Source: Eledone cirrhosa
Lineage: Eukaryota
NCBI GenBank assembly: GCA_964016885.1
Contig: CAXHJY010001588.1
Coordinates: 1 to 64,000 of the forward strand
Reading direction: 5' to 3'
Length of the DNA stretch: 64,000 nt
In this document: positions 27,641-39,530 of the stretch, one piece after another
How positions within the stretch are numbered: the first letter of the stretch is position 1
Layout of the letters: every line of letters begins with the position of its first letter
Translations under genes and position numbers: made by a program
The notes under the pieces: generated by a model
Told to the model about the DNA's origin: nothing
Databases searched by the model: none
Seen by the model: the letters and a program-made list of their open reading frames with translations, nothing else

Positions 27641-30600
27641 AAGCTAAGCTAAGCTAAGCTATCCTAAGCTAAGCTAAGCTAAGCTATCCTAAGCTAAGCT
27701 AAGCTAAGCTCTCCTAAGCTAAGCTAAACTAAGCTATCCTAAGCTAAGCTAAGCTTTCCTAAGCTAAGCTAAGCTAAGCTATCCTAAGCTAAGCTAATCT
27801 ATCCTAAGCTAAGCTAAGCTAAGCTATCCTAAGCTAAGCTAAGCTAAGCTATCCTAAGCTAAGCTAAGCTAAGCTATCCTAAGCTAAGCTAAGCTAAGCT
27901 ATCCTAAGCTAAGCTAAGCTATCCTAAGCTAAGCTAAGCTAAGCTATCCTAAGCTAAGCTAAGCTATCCTAAGCTAAGCTAAGCTAAGCTATCCTAAGCT
28001 ATCCTAAGCTATCCTAAGCTAAGCTAAGCTAAGCTATCCTAAGCTAAGCTAAGCTAAGCTATCCTAAGCTAAGCTAAGCTAAGCTATCCTAAGCTAAGCT
28101 AAGCTATCCTAAGCTAAGCTAAGCTAAGCTATCCTAAGCTAAGCTAAGCTATCCTAAGCTAAGCTAAGCTAAGCAATCCTAAGCTATCCTAAGCTAAGCT
28201 ATCCTAAGCTAAGCTAAGCTAAGCTATCCTAAGCTAAGCTAAGCTAAGCTATCCTAAGCTAAGCTATCCTAAGCTATCCTAAGCTAAGCTAAGCTAAGCT
28301 AACCTAAGCTAAGCTATCCTAAGCTAAGCTATCCTAAGCTAAGCTATCCTAAGCTAAGCTAAGCTAAGCTATCCTAAGCTAAGCTAAGCTAAGCTATCCT
28401 AAGCTAAGCTAAGCTAAGCTATCCTAAGCTAAGCTAAGCTATCCTAAGCTAAGCTAAGCTAAGCTATCCTAAGCTAAGCTAAGCTAAGCTATCCTAAGCT
28501 AAGCTAAGCTAAGCTAACCTAAGCTAAGCTATCCTAAGCTAAGCTATCCTAAGCTAAGCTATCCTAAGCTAAGCTAAGCTAAGCTATCCTAAGCTAAGCT
28601 AAGCTATCCTAAGCTAAGCTAAGCTAAGCTATCCTAAGCTAAGCTAAGCTATCCTAAGCTAAGCTAAGCTAAGCTATCCTAAGCTAAGCTAAGCTGAGCT
28701 ATCCTAAGCTATCCTAAGCTAAGCTATCCTAAGCTAAGCTATCCTAAGCTATCCTAAGCTAAGCTATCCTAAGCTAAGCTAAGCTAAGCTATCCTAAGCT
28801 AAGCTATCCTAAGCTAAGCTATCCTAAGCTATCCTAAGCTAAGCTATCCTAAGCTATCCTAAGCTAAGCTAAGCTAAGCTAAGCTAAGCTAAGCTATCCT
28901 AAGCTAAGCTAAGCTAAGCTATCCTAAGCTAAGCTAAGCTAAGCTATCCTAAGCTATCCTAAGCTAAGCTATCCTAAGCTAAGCTATCCTAAGCTATCCT
29001 AAGCTAAGCTATCCTAAGCTATCCTAAGCTAAGCTATCCTAAGCTAAGCTATCCTAAGCTAAGCTATCCTAAGCTATCCTAAGCTAAGCTATCCTAAGCT
29101 ATCCTAAGCTAAGCTAAGCTAAGCTATCCTAAGCTAAGCTAAGCTAAGCTATCCTAAGCTAAGCTAAGCTAAGCTTTCCTAAGCTATCCTAAGCTAAGCT
29201 ATCCTAAGCTATCCTAAGCTAAGCTATCCTAAGCTATCCTAAGCTAAGCTATCCTAAGCTATCCTAAGCTAAGCTATCCTAACCTAAGCTATCCTAAGCT
29301 ATCCTAAGCTAAGCTATCCTAAGCTATCCTAAGCTAAGCTATCCTAAGCTATCCTAAGCTAAGCTAAGCTAAGCTATCCTAAGCTAAGCTAAGCTTTCCT
29401 AAGCTAAGCTAAGCTAAGCTATCCTAAGCTAAGCTAATCTATCCTAAGCTAAGCTAAGCTAAGCTATCCTAAGCTAAGCTAAGCTAAGCTATCCTAAGCT
29501 AAGCTAAGCTAAGCTATCCTAAGCTAAGCTAAGCTATCCTAAGCTAAGCTAAGCTAAGCTATCCTAAGCTAAGCTAAGCTAAGCTATCCTAAGCTAAGCT
29601 AAGCTAAGCTATCCTAAGCTAAGCTAAGCTATCCTAAGCTAAGCTAAGCTATCCTAAGCTAAGCTAAGCTAAGCTATCCTAAGCTAAGCTAAGCTAAGCT
29701 ATCCTAAGCTAAGCTAAGCTAAGCTATCCTAAGCTATCCTAAGCTATCCTAAGCTAAGCTAAGCTAAGCTATCCTAAGCTAAGCTAAGCTAAGCTATCCT
29801 AAGCTAAGCTAAGCTAAGCTATCCTAAGCTAAGCTAAGCTATCCTAAGCTAAGCTAAGCTAAGCTATCCTAAGCTAAGCTAAGCTAAGCTATCCTAAGCT
29901 ATCCTAAGCTAAGCTATCCTAAGCTAAGCTAAGCTAAGCTATCCTAAGCTAAGCTAAGCTAAGCTATCCTAAGCTAAGCTAAGCTAAGCTATCCTAAGCT
30001 AAGCTAAGCTAAGCTATCCTAAGCTAAGCTATCCTAAGCTATCCTAAGCTAAGCTAAGCTAAGCTAACCCAAGCTAAGCTATCCTAAGCTAAGCTATCCT
30101 AAGCTAAGCTATCCTAAGCTAAGCTAAGCTAAGCTATCCTAAGCTAAGCTAAGCTATCCTAAGCTAAGCTAAGCTAAGCTGTCCTAAGCTAAGCTAAGCT
30201 AAGCTATCCTAAGCTAAGCTAAGCTAAGCTATCCTAAGCTAAGCTAAGCTATCCTAAGCTAAGCTAAGCTAAGCTATCCTAAGCTAAGCTAAGCTAAGCT
30301 ATCCTAAGCTAAGCTAAGCTAAGCTATCCTAAGCTATCCTAAGCTATCCTAAGCTAAGCTATCCTAAGCTAAGCTATCCTAAGCTATCCTAAGCTAAGCT
30401 AAGCTAAGCAATCCTAAGCTAAGCTAAGCTAAGCTATCCTAAGCTAAGCTAAGCTAAGCTATCCTAAGCTAAGCTAAGCTAAGCTATCCTAAGCTATCCT
30501 AAGCTAAGCTATCCTAAGCTAAGCTATCCTAAGCTATCCTAAGCTAAGCTATCCTAAGCTATCCTAAGCTAAGCTATCCTAAGCTAAGCTATCCTAAGCT

Positions 30601-33600
30601 ATCCTAAGCTATCCTAAGCTAAGCTATCCTAAGCTAAGCTAAGCTAAGCTAAGCTAACCTAAGCTAAGCTATCCTAAGCTAAGCTAAGCTAAGCTATCCT
30701 AAGCTAAGCTAAGCTAAGCTATCCTAAGCTATCCTAAGCTAAGCTATCCTAAGCTAAGCTATCCTAAGCTAAGCTATCCTAAGCTATCCTAAGCTAAGCT
30801 ATCCTAAGCTAAGCTCTCCTAAGGTAAGCTATCCTAAGCTATCCTAAGCTAAGCTATCCTAAGCTATCCTAAGCTAAGCTAAGCTAAGCTCTCCTAAGCT
30901 AAGCTAAGCTAAGCTATCCTAAGCTAAGCTAAGCTAAGCTAAGCTATCCTAAGCTAAGCTAAGCTAAGCTACCTAAGCTAAGCTAAGCTATCCTAAGCTA
31001 AGCTAAGCTAAGCTATCCTAAGCTAAGCTAAGCTAAGCTCTCCTAAGCTAAGCTAAGCTAAGCTATCCTAAGCTAAGCTAAGCTTTCCTAAGCTAAGCTA
31101 AGCTAAGCTATCCTAAGCTAAGCTAATCTATCCTAAGCTAAGCTAAGCTAAGCTATCCTAAGCTAAGCTAAGCTAAGCTATCCTAAGCTAAGCTAAGCTA
31201 AGCTATCCTAAGCTAAGCTAAGCTAAGCTATCCTAAGCTAAGCTAAGCTAAGCTATCCTAAGCTAAGCTAAGCTATCCTAAGCTAAGCTAAGCTAAGCTA
31301 TCCTAAGCTAAGCTAAGCTATCCTAAGCTAAGCTAAGCTAAGCTATCCTAAGCTATCCTAAGCTATCCTAAGCTAAGCTAAGCTAAGCTATCCTAAGCTA
31401 AGCTAAGCTAAGCTATCCTAAGCTAAGCTAAGCTAAGCTATCCTAAGCTAAGCTAAGCTATCCTAAGCTAAGCTAAGCTAAGCTATCCTAAGCTAAGCTA
31501 AGCTAAGCAATCCTAAGCTATCCTAAGCTAAGCTATCCTAAGCTAAGCTAAGCTAAGCTATCCTAAGCTAAGCTAAGCTAAGCTATCCTAAGCTAAGCTA
31601 AGCTAAGTTATCCTAAGCTAAGCTATCCTAAGCTATCCTAAGCTAAGCTAAGCTAAGCTAACCTAAGCTAAGCTATCCTAAGCTAAGCTATCCTAAGCTA
31701 AGCTATCCTAAGCTAAGCTAAGCTAAGCTATCCTAAGCTAAGCTAAGCTAAGCTATCCTAAGCTAAGCTAAGCTATCCTAAGCTAAGCTAAGCTAAGCTA
31801 TCCTAAGCTAAGCTAAGCTAAGCTATCCTAAGCTAAGCTAAGCTAAGCTAAGCTAAGCTAAGCTATCCTAAGCTAAGCTAAGCTAATCTATCCTAAGCTA
31901 TCCTAAGCTAAGCTATCCTAACCTAAGATATCCTAAGCTATCCTAAGCTAAGCTATCCTAAGCTAAGCTAAGCTAAGCTATCCTAAGCTAAGCTATCCTA
32001 AGCTAAGCTATCCTAAGCTATCCTAAGCTAAGCTATCCTAAGCTATCCTAAGCTAAGCTATCCTAAGCTATCCTAAGCTAAGCTATCCTAAGCTATCCTA
32101 AGCTAAGCTAAGCTATCCTAAGCTAAGCTAAGCTAAGCTAAGCTTTCCTAAGCTAAGCTAAGCTATCCTAAGCTAAGCTAAGCTAAGCTATCCTAAGCTA
32201 TCCTAAGCTAAGCTATCCTAAGCTAAGCTATCCTAAGCTATCCTAAGCTAAGCTATCCTAAGCTATCCTAAGCTAAGCTATCCTAAGCTAAGCTATCCTA
32301 AGCTAAGCTATCCTAAGCTATCCTAAGCTAAGCTATCCTAAGCTATCCTAAGCTAAGCTAAGCTAAGCTATCCTAAGCTAAGCTAAGCTAAGCTATCCTA
32401 AGCTAAGCTAAGCTAAGCTTTCCTAAGCTATCCTAAGCTAAGCTATCCTAAGCTAAGCTATCCTAAGCTATCCTAAGCTAAGCTATCCTAAGCTATCCTA
32501 AGCTAAGCTATCCTAATCTATCCTAAGCTAAACTATCCTAACCTAAGCTATCCTAAGCTATCCTAAGCTAAGCTATCCTAAGCTATCCTAAGCTAAGCTA
32601 TCCTAAGCTATCCTAAGCTAAGCTATCCTAAGCTATCCTAAGCTAAGCTAAGCTAAGCTATCCTAAACTAAGCTAAGCTATCCTAAGCTAAGCTAAGCTA
32701 AGCTATCCTAAGCTATCCTAAGCTAAGCTATCCTAAGCTAAGCTAAGCTAAGCTATCCTAAGCCAAGCTAAGCTAAGCTATCCTAAGCCAAGCTAAGCTA
32801 AGCTATCCTAAGCTAAGCTAAGCTATCCTAAGCTAAGCTAAGCTAAGCTATCCTAAGCTAAGCTATGCTAAGCTATCCTAAGCTAAGCTAAGCTAAGCTA
32901 TCCTAAGCTAAGCTAAGCTAAGCTATATTAAGCTAAGCTAAGCTAAGCTATCCTAAGCTAAGCTAAGCTAAGCTATCCTAAGCTAAGCTAAGCTAAGCTA
33001 TCCTAAGCTAAGCTATGCTAAGCTATCCTAAGCTAAGCTAAGCTAAGCTATCCTAAGCTAAGCTATCCTAAGCTAAGCTAAGCTAAGCTATCCTAAGCTA
33101 AGCTAAGCTAAGCTATCCTAAGCTAAGCTATCCTAAGCTAAGCTAAGCTAAGCTATCCTAAGCTAAGCCAAGCTAAGCTATCCTAAGCTAAGCTAAGCTA
33201 AGCTATCCTAAACTAAGCTAAGCTAAGCTATCCTAAGCTAAGCTAAGCTAAGCTATCCTAAGCTAAGCTAAGCTATCCTAAGCTAAGCTAAGCTAAGCTA
33301 TCCTAAGCTAAGCTAAGCTAAGCTTTCCTAAGCTATCCTAAGCTAAGCTATCCTAAGCTAAGCTAAGCTAAGCTATCCTAAGCTAAGCTAAGCTATCCTA
33401 AGCTAAGCTAAGCTAAGCTATCCTAAGCTAAGCTATCCTAAGCTATCCTAAGCTAAGCTATCCTAAGCTATCCTAAGCTAAGCTATCCTAAGCTAAGCTA
33501 TCCTAAGCTAAGCTATCCTAAGCTAAGCTATTCTAAGCTAAGCTAAGCTAAGCTATCCTAAGCTAAGCTAAGCTAAGCTATCCTAAGCTAAGCTAAGCTA

Positions 33601-35289
33601 AGCTATCCTAAGCTAAGCTAAGCTAAGCAATCCTAAGCTAAGCTAAGCTAAGCTATCCTAAGCTAAGCTAAGCTAAGCTATCCTAAGCTAAGCTAAGCTA
33701 TCCTAAGCTAAGCTAAGCTAAGCTATCCTAAGCTAAGCTAAGCTAAGCTATCCTAAGCTATCCTAAGCTAAGCTATCCTAAGCTAAGCTATCCTAAGCTA
33801 TCCCAAGCTAAGCTATCCTAAGCTAAGCTAAGCTAAGCTATCCTAAGCTAAGCTATCCTAAGCTAAGCTATCCTAAGCTATCCTAAGCTAAGCTATCCTA
33901 ATCTATCCTAAGCTAAGCTATCCTAAGCTATCCTAAGCTAAGCTATCCTAAGCTATCCTAAGCTAAGCTAAGCTAAGCTATCCTAAGCTATCCTAAGCTA
34001 AGCTATCCTAAGCTAAACTATCCTAAGCTATCCTAAGCTAAGCTATCCTAAGCTATCCTAAGCTAAGCTATCCTAAGCTATCCTAAGCTAAGCTAAGCTA
34101 AGCTATCCTAAGCTAAGCTAAGCTAAGCTATCCTAAGCTAAGCTAAGCTAAGCTATCCTAAGCTAAGTTAAGCTAAGCTATCCTAAGCTATCCTAAGCTA
34201 AGCTATCCTAAGCTAAGCTATCCTAAGCTATCCTAAGCTAAGCTATCCTAAGCTATCCTAAGCTAAGCTATCCTAAGCTAAGCTATCCTAAGCTAAGCTA
34301 TCCTAAGCTATCCTAAGCTAAGCTATCCTAAGCTATCCTAAGCTAAGCTATCCTAAGCTATCCTAAGCTAAGCTAAGCTAAGCTATCCTAAGCTAAGCTA
34401 AGCTAAGCTATCCTAAGCTAAGCTAAGCTAAGCTATCCTAAGCTAAGCTAAGCTAAGCTATCCTAAGCTATCCTAAGCTAAGCTATCCTAAGCTAAGCTA
34501 TCCTAAGCTAAGCTATCCTAAGCTATCCTAAGCTAAGCTATCCTAAGCTAAGCTCTCCTAAGGTAAGCTATCCTAAGCTATCCTAAGCTTATCTATCCTA
34601 AGCTATCCTAAGCTAAGCTAAGCTAAGCTATCCTAAGCTAAGCTAAGCTAAGCTATCCTAAGCTAAGCTAAGCTAAGCTAAGCTATCCTAAGTTAAGCTA
34701 AGCTAAGCTATCCTAAGCTAAGTTAAGCTAAGCTATCCTAAGCTAAGCTAAGCTAAGCTATCCTAAGCTAAGCTAAGCTAAGCTCTCCTAAGCTAAGCTA
34801 TCCTAAGCTATCCTAAGCTAAGCTAAGCTATCCTAAGCTAAGCTAAGCTAAGCTATCCTAAGCTAAGCTAAGCTATCCTAAGCTAAGCTAAGCGATCCTA
34901 AGCTAAGCTAAGCTAAGCTATCCTAAGCTAAGCTAAGCTAAGCTATCCTAAGCTAAGCTAAGCTAAGCTATCCTAAGCTAAGCTAAGCTAAGCTATCCTA
35001 AGCTAAGCTAAGCTAAGCTATCCTAAGCTAAGCTAAGCTAAGCTATCCTAAGCAAAGCTAAGCTAAGCTATCCTAAGCTAAGCTATCCTAAGCTAAGCTA
35101 TCCTAAGCTATCCTAAGCTAAGCTATCCTAAGCTAAGCTAAGCTAAGCTAACCTAAGCTAAGCTATCCTAAGCTAAGCTAAGCTAAGCTATCCTAAGCTA
35201 AGCTAAGCTAAGCTATCCTAAGCTATCCTAAGCTAAGCTATCCTAAGCTAAGCTATCCTAAGCTAAGCTATCCTAAGCTATCCTAAGCT

Positions 35290-38200
35290 AAGCTATCCTA
35301 AGCTAAGCTCTCCTAAGGTAAGCTATCCTAAGCTATCCTAAGCTAAGCTATCCTAAGCTATCCTAAGCTAAGCTAAGCTAAGCTATCCTAAGCTAAGCTA
35401 AGCTAAGCTATCCTAAGCTAAGCTAAGCTAAGCTAAGCTATCCTAAGCTAAGCTAAGCTAAGCTACCTAAGCTAAGCTAAGCTATCCTAAGCTAAGCTAA
35501 GCTAAGCTATCCTAAGCTAAGCTAAGCTCTCCTAAGCTAAGCTAAGCTAAGCTATCCTAAGCTAAGCTAAGCTTTCCTAAGCTAAGCTAAGCTAAGCTAT
35601 CCTAAGCTAAGCTAATCTATCCTAAGCTAAGCTAAGCTAAGCTATCCTAAGCTAAGCTAAGCTAAGCTATCCTAAGCTAAGCTAAGCTAAGCTATCCTAA
35701 GCAAAGCTAAGCTATCCTAAGCTAAGCTAAGCTAAGCTATCCTAAGCTAAGCTAAGCTATCCTAAGCTAAGCTATCCTAAGCTAAGCTAAGCTAAGCTAT
35801 CCTAAGCTAAGCTAAGCTAAGCTATCCTAAGCTAAGCTAAGCTAAGCTATCCTAAGCTAAGCTAAGCTAAGCTATCCTAAGCAAAGCTAAGCTAAGCTAT
35901 CCTAAGCTAAGCTATCCTAAGCTAAGCTAAGCTAAGCTATCCTAAGCTAAGCTAAGCTAAGCTATCCTAAGCAAAGCTAAGCTATCCTAAGCTAAGCTAA
36001 GCTAAGCTATCCTAAGCTAAGCTAAGCTATCCTAAGCTAAGCTAAGCTAAGCTATCCTAAGCTAAGCTAAGCTATCCTAAGCTAAGCTAAGCTAAGCTAT
36101 CCTAAGCTAAGCTAAGCTAAGCTATCCTAAGCTAAGCTAAGCTAAGCTATCCTAAGCCATCCTAAGCTATCCTAAGCTAACCTAAGCTAAGCTATCCTAA
36201 GCTAAGCTAAGCTGAGCTATCCTAAGCTAAGCTAAGCTATCCTAAGCTAAGCTAAGCTAAGCTATCCTAAGCTAAGCTAAGCTAAGCTATCCTAAGCTAA
36301 GCTAAGCTAAGCTATCCTAAGCTAAGCTAAGCTATCCTAAGCTAAGCTAAGCTAAGCTATCCTAAGCTAAGCTAAGCTAAGCTATCCTAAGCTATCCTAA
36401 GCTAAGCTATCCTAAGCTAAGCTATCCTAAGCTATCCTAAGCTAAGCTATCCTAAGCTAAGCTAAGCTAAGCTATCCTAAGCTAAGCTATCCTAAGCTAA
36501 GCTATCCTAAGCTATCCTAAGCTAAGCTATCCTAAGCTATCCTAAGCTAAGCTATCCTAAGCTATCCTAAGCTAAGCTATCCTAAGCTATCCTAAGCTAA
36601 GCTAAGCTAAGCTATCCTAAGCTAAGCTAAGCTAAGCTAAGCTATCCTAAGCTAAGCTAAGCTAAGCTATCCTAAGCTAAGCTAAGCTAAGCTATCCTAA
36701 GCTATCCTAAGCTAAGCTATCCTAAGCTAAGCTATCCTAAGCTATCCTAAGCTAAGCTATCCTAAGCTATCCTAAGCTAAGCTCTCCTAAGCTAAGCTAT
36801 CCAAAGCTAAGCTATCCTAAGCTATCCTAAGCTAAGCTATCCTAAGCTATCCTAAGCTAAGCTAAGCTAAGCTATCCTAAGCTAAGCTAAGCTAAGCTAT
36901 CCTAAGCTAAGCTAAGCTAAGCTTTCCTAAGCTATCCTAAGCTAAGCTATTCTAAGCTAAGCGATCCTAAGCTATCCTAAGCTAAGCTATCCTAAGCTAT
37001 CCTAAGCTAAGCTATCCTAAGCTAATCTATCCTAAGCTAAGCTATCCTAAGCTAACCTAAGCTAAGCTATCCTAAGCTATCCTAAGCTAAGCTATCCTAA
37101 GCTATCCTAGGCTAAGCTAAGCTAAGCTATCCTAAGCTAAGCTAAGCTAAGCTATCCTAAGCTAAGCTAAGCTAAGCTATCCTAAGCTAAGCTAAGCTAA
37201 GCTATCCTAAGCTATCCTAAGCTAAGCTATCCTAAGCTAAGCTATCCTAAGCTAAGCTATCCTAAGCTATCCTAAGCTAAGCTATCCTAAGCTATCCTAA
37301 GCTAAGCTATCCTAAGCTAAGCTATCCTAAGCTAAGCTATCCTAAGCTATCCTAAGCTAAGCTATCCTAAGCTATCCTAAGCTAAGCTATCCTAAGCTAT
37401 CCTAAGCTAAGCTATCCTAAGCTAAGCTCTCCTAAGGTAAGCTATCCTAAGCTATCCTAAGCTAAGCTATCCTAAGCTATCCTAAGCTAAGCTAAGCTAA
37501 GCTATCCTAAGCTAAGCTAAGCTAAGCTATCCTAAGCTAAGCTAAGCTAAGCTAAGCTATCCTAAGCTAAGCTAAGCTAAGCTACCTAAGCTAAGCTAAG
37601 CTATCCTAAGCTAAGCTAAGCTAAGCTATCCTAAGCTAAGCTAAGCTCTCCTAAGCTAAGCTAAGCTAAGCTATCCTAAGCTAAGCTAAGCTTTCCTAAG
37701 CTAAGCTAAGCTAAGCTATCCTAAGCTAAGCTAATCTATCCTAAGCTAAGCTAAGCTAAGCTATCCTAAGCTAAGCTAAGCTAAGCTATCCTAAGCTAAG
37801 CTAAGCTAAGCTATCCTAAGCAAAGCTAAGCTATCCTAAGCTAAGCTAAGCTAAGCTATCCTAAGCTAAGCTAAGCTATCCTAAGCTAAGCTATCCTAAG
37901 CTAAGCTAAGCTAAGCTATCCTAAGCTAAGCTAAGCTAAGCTATCCTAAGCTAAGCTAAGCTAAGCTATCCTAAGCTAAGCTAAGCTAAGCTATCCTAAG
38001 CAAAGCTAAGCTAAGCTATCCTAAGCTAAGCTATCCTAAGCTAAGCTAAGCTAAGCTATCCTAAGCTAAGCTAAGCTAAGCTATCCTAAGCAAAGCTAAG
38101 CTATCCTAAGCTAAGCTAAGCTAAGCTATCCTAAGCTAAGCTAAGCTATCCTAAGCTAAGCTAAGCTAAGCTATCCTAAGCTAAGCTAAGCTATCCTAAG

Positions 38201-39530
38201 CTAAGCTAAGCTAAGCTATCCTAAGCTAAGCTAAGCTAAGCTATCCTAAGCTAAGCTAAGCTAAGCTATCCTAAGCCATCCTAAGCTATCCTAAGCTAAC
38301 CTAAGCTAAGCTATCCTAAGCTAAGCTAAGCTGAGCTATCCTAAGCTAAGCTAAGCTATCCTAAGCTAAGCTAAGCTAAGCTATCCTAAGCTAAGCTAAG
38401 CTAAGCTATCCTAAGCTAAGCTAACCTAAGCTATCCTAAGCTAAGCTAGGCTATCCTAAGCTAAGCTAAGCTAAGCTATCCTAAGCTAAGCTAAGCTAAG
38501 CTATCCTAAGCTATCCTAAGCTAAGCTATCCTAAGCTAAGCTATCCTAAGCTATCCTAAGCTAAGCTATCCTAAGCTAAGCTAAGCTAAGCTATCCTAAG
38601 CTAAGCTATCCTAAGCTAAGCTATCCTAAGCTATCCTAAGCTAAGCTATCCTAAGCTATCCTAAGCTAAGCTATCCTAAGCTATCCTAAGCTAAGCTATC
38701 CTAAGCTATCCTAAGCTAAGCTAAGCTAAGCTATCCTAAGCTAAGCTAAGCTAAGCTAAGCTATCCTAAGCTAAGCTAAGCTAAGCTATCCTAAGCTAAG
38801 CTAAGCTAAGCTATCCTAAGCTATCCTAAGCTAAGCTATCCTAAGCTAAGCTATCCTAAGCTATCCTAAGCTAAGCTATCCTAAGCTATCCTAAGCTAAG
38901 CTCTCCTAAGCTAAGCTATCCAAAGCTAAGCTATCCTAAGCTATCCTAAGCTAAGCTATCCTAAGCTATCCTAAGCTAAGCTAAGCTAAGCTATCCTAAG
39001 CTAAGCTAAGCTAAGCTATCCTAAGCTAAGCTAAGCTAAGCTTTCCTAAGCTATCCTAAGCTAAGCTTTTCTAAGCTAAGCGATCCTAAGCTATCCTAAG
39101 CTAAGCTATCCTAAGCTATCCTAAGCTAAGCTATCCTAAGCTAATCTATCCTAAGCTAAGCTATCCTAAGCTAACCTAAGCTAAGCTATCCTAAGCTATC
39201 CTAAGCTAAGCTATCCTAAGCTATCCTAGGCTAAGCTAAGCTAAGCTATCCTAAGCTAAGCTAAGCTAAGCTATCCTAAGCTAAGCTAAGCTAAGCTATC
39301 CTAAGCTAAGCTAAGCTAAGCTATCCTAAGCTATCCTAAGCTAAGCTATCCTAAGCTAAGCTATCCTAAGCTAAGCTATCCTAAGCTATCCTAAGCTAAG
39401 CTATCCTAAGCTATCCTAAGCTAAGCTATCCTAAGCTAAGCTATCCTAAGCTAAGCTATCCTAAGCTATCCTAAGCTAAGCTATCCTAAGCTATCCTAAG
39501 CTAAGCTATCCTAAGCTATCCTAAGCTAAG
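35290..39530 (+). repeat. Tandem duplication of a 2119-bp unit (2 copies)
   Basis: CTCCT-AAGGT 35310/37429, ACCT 35465/37584, ATCCA 36799/38918, AAGCG 36959/39078 and AGGCT 37109/39228, all at offset 2119. Confidence 0.92.
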
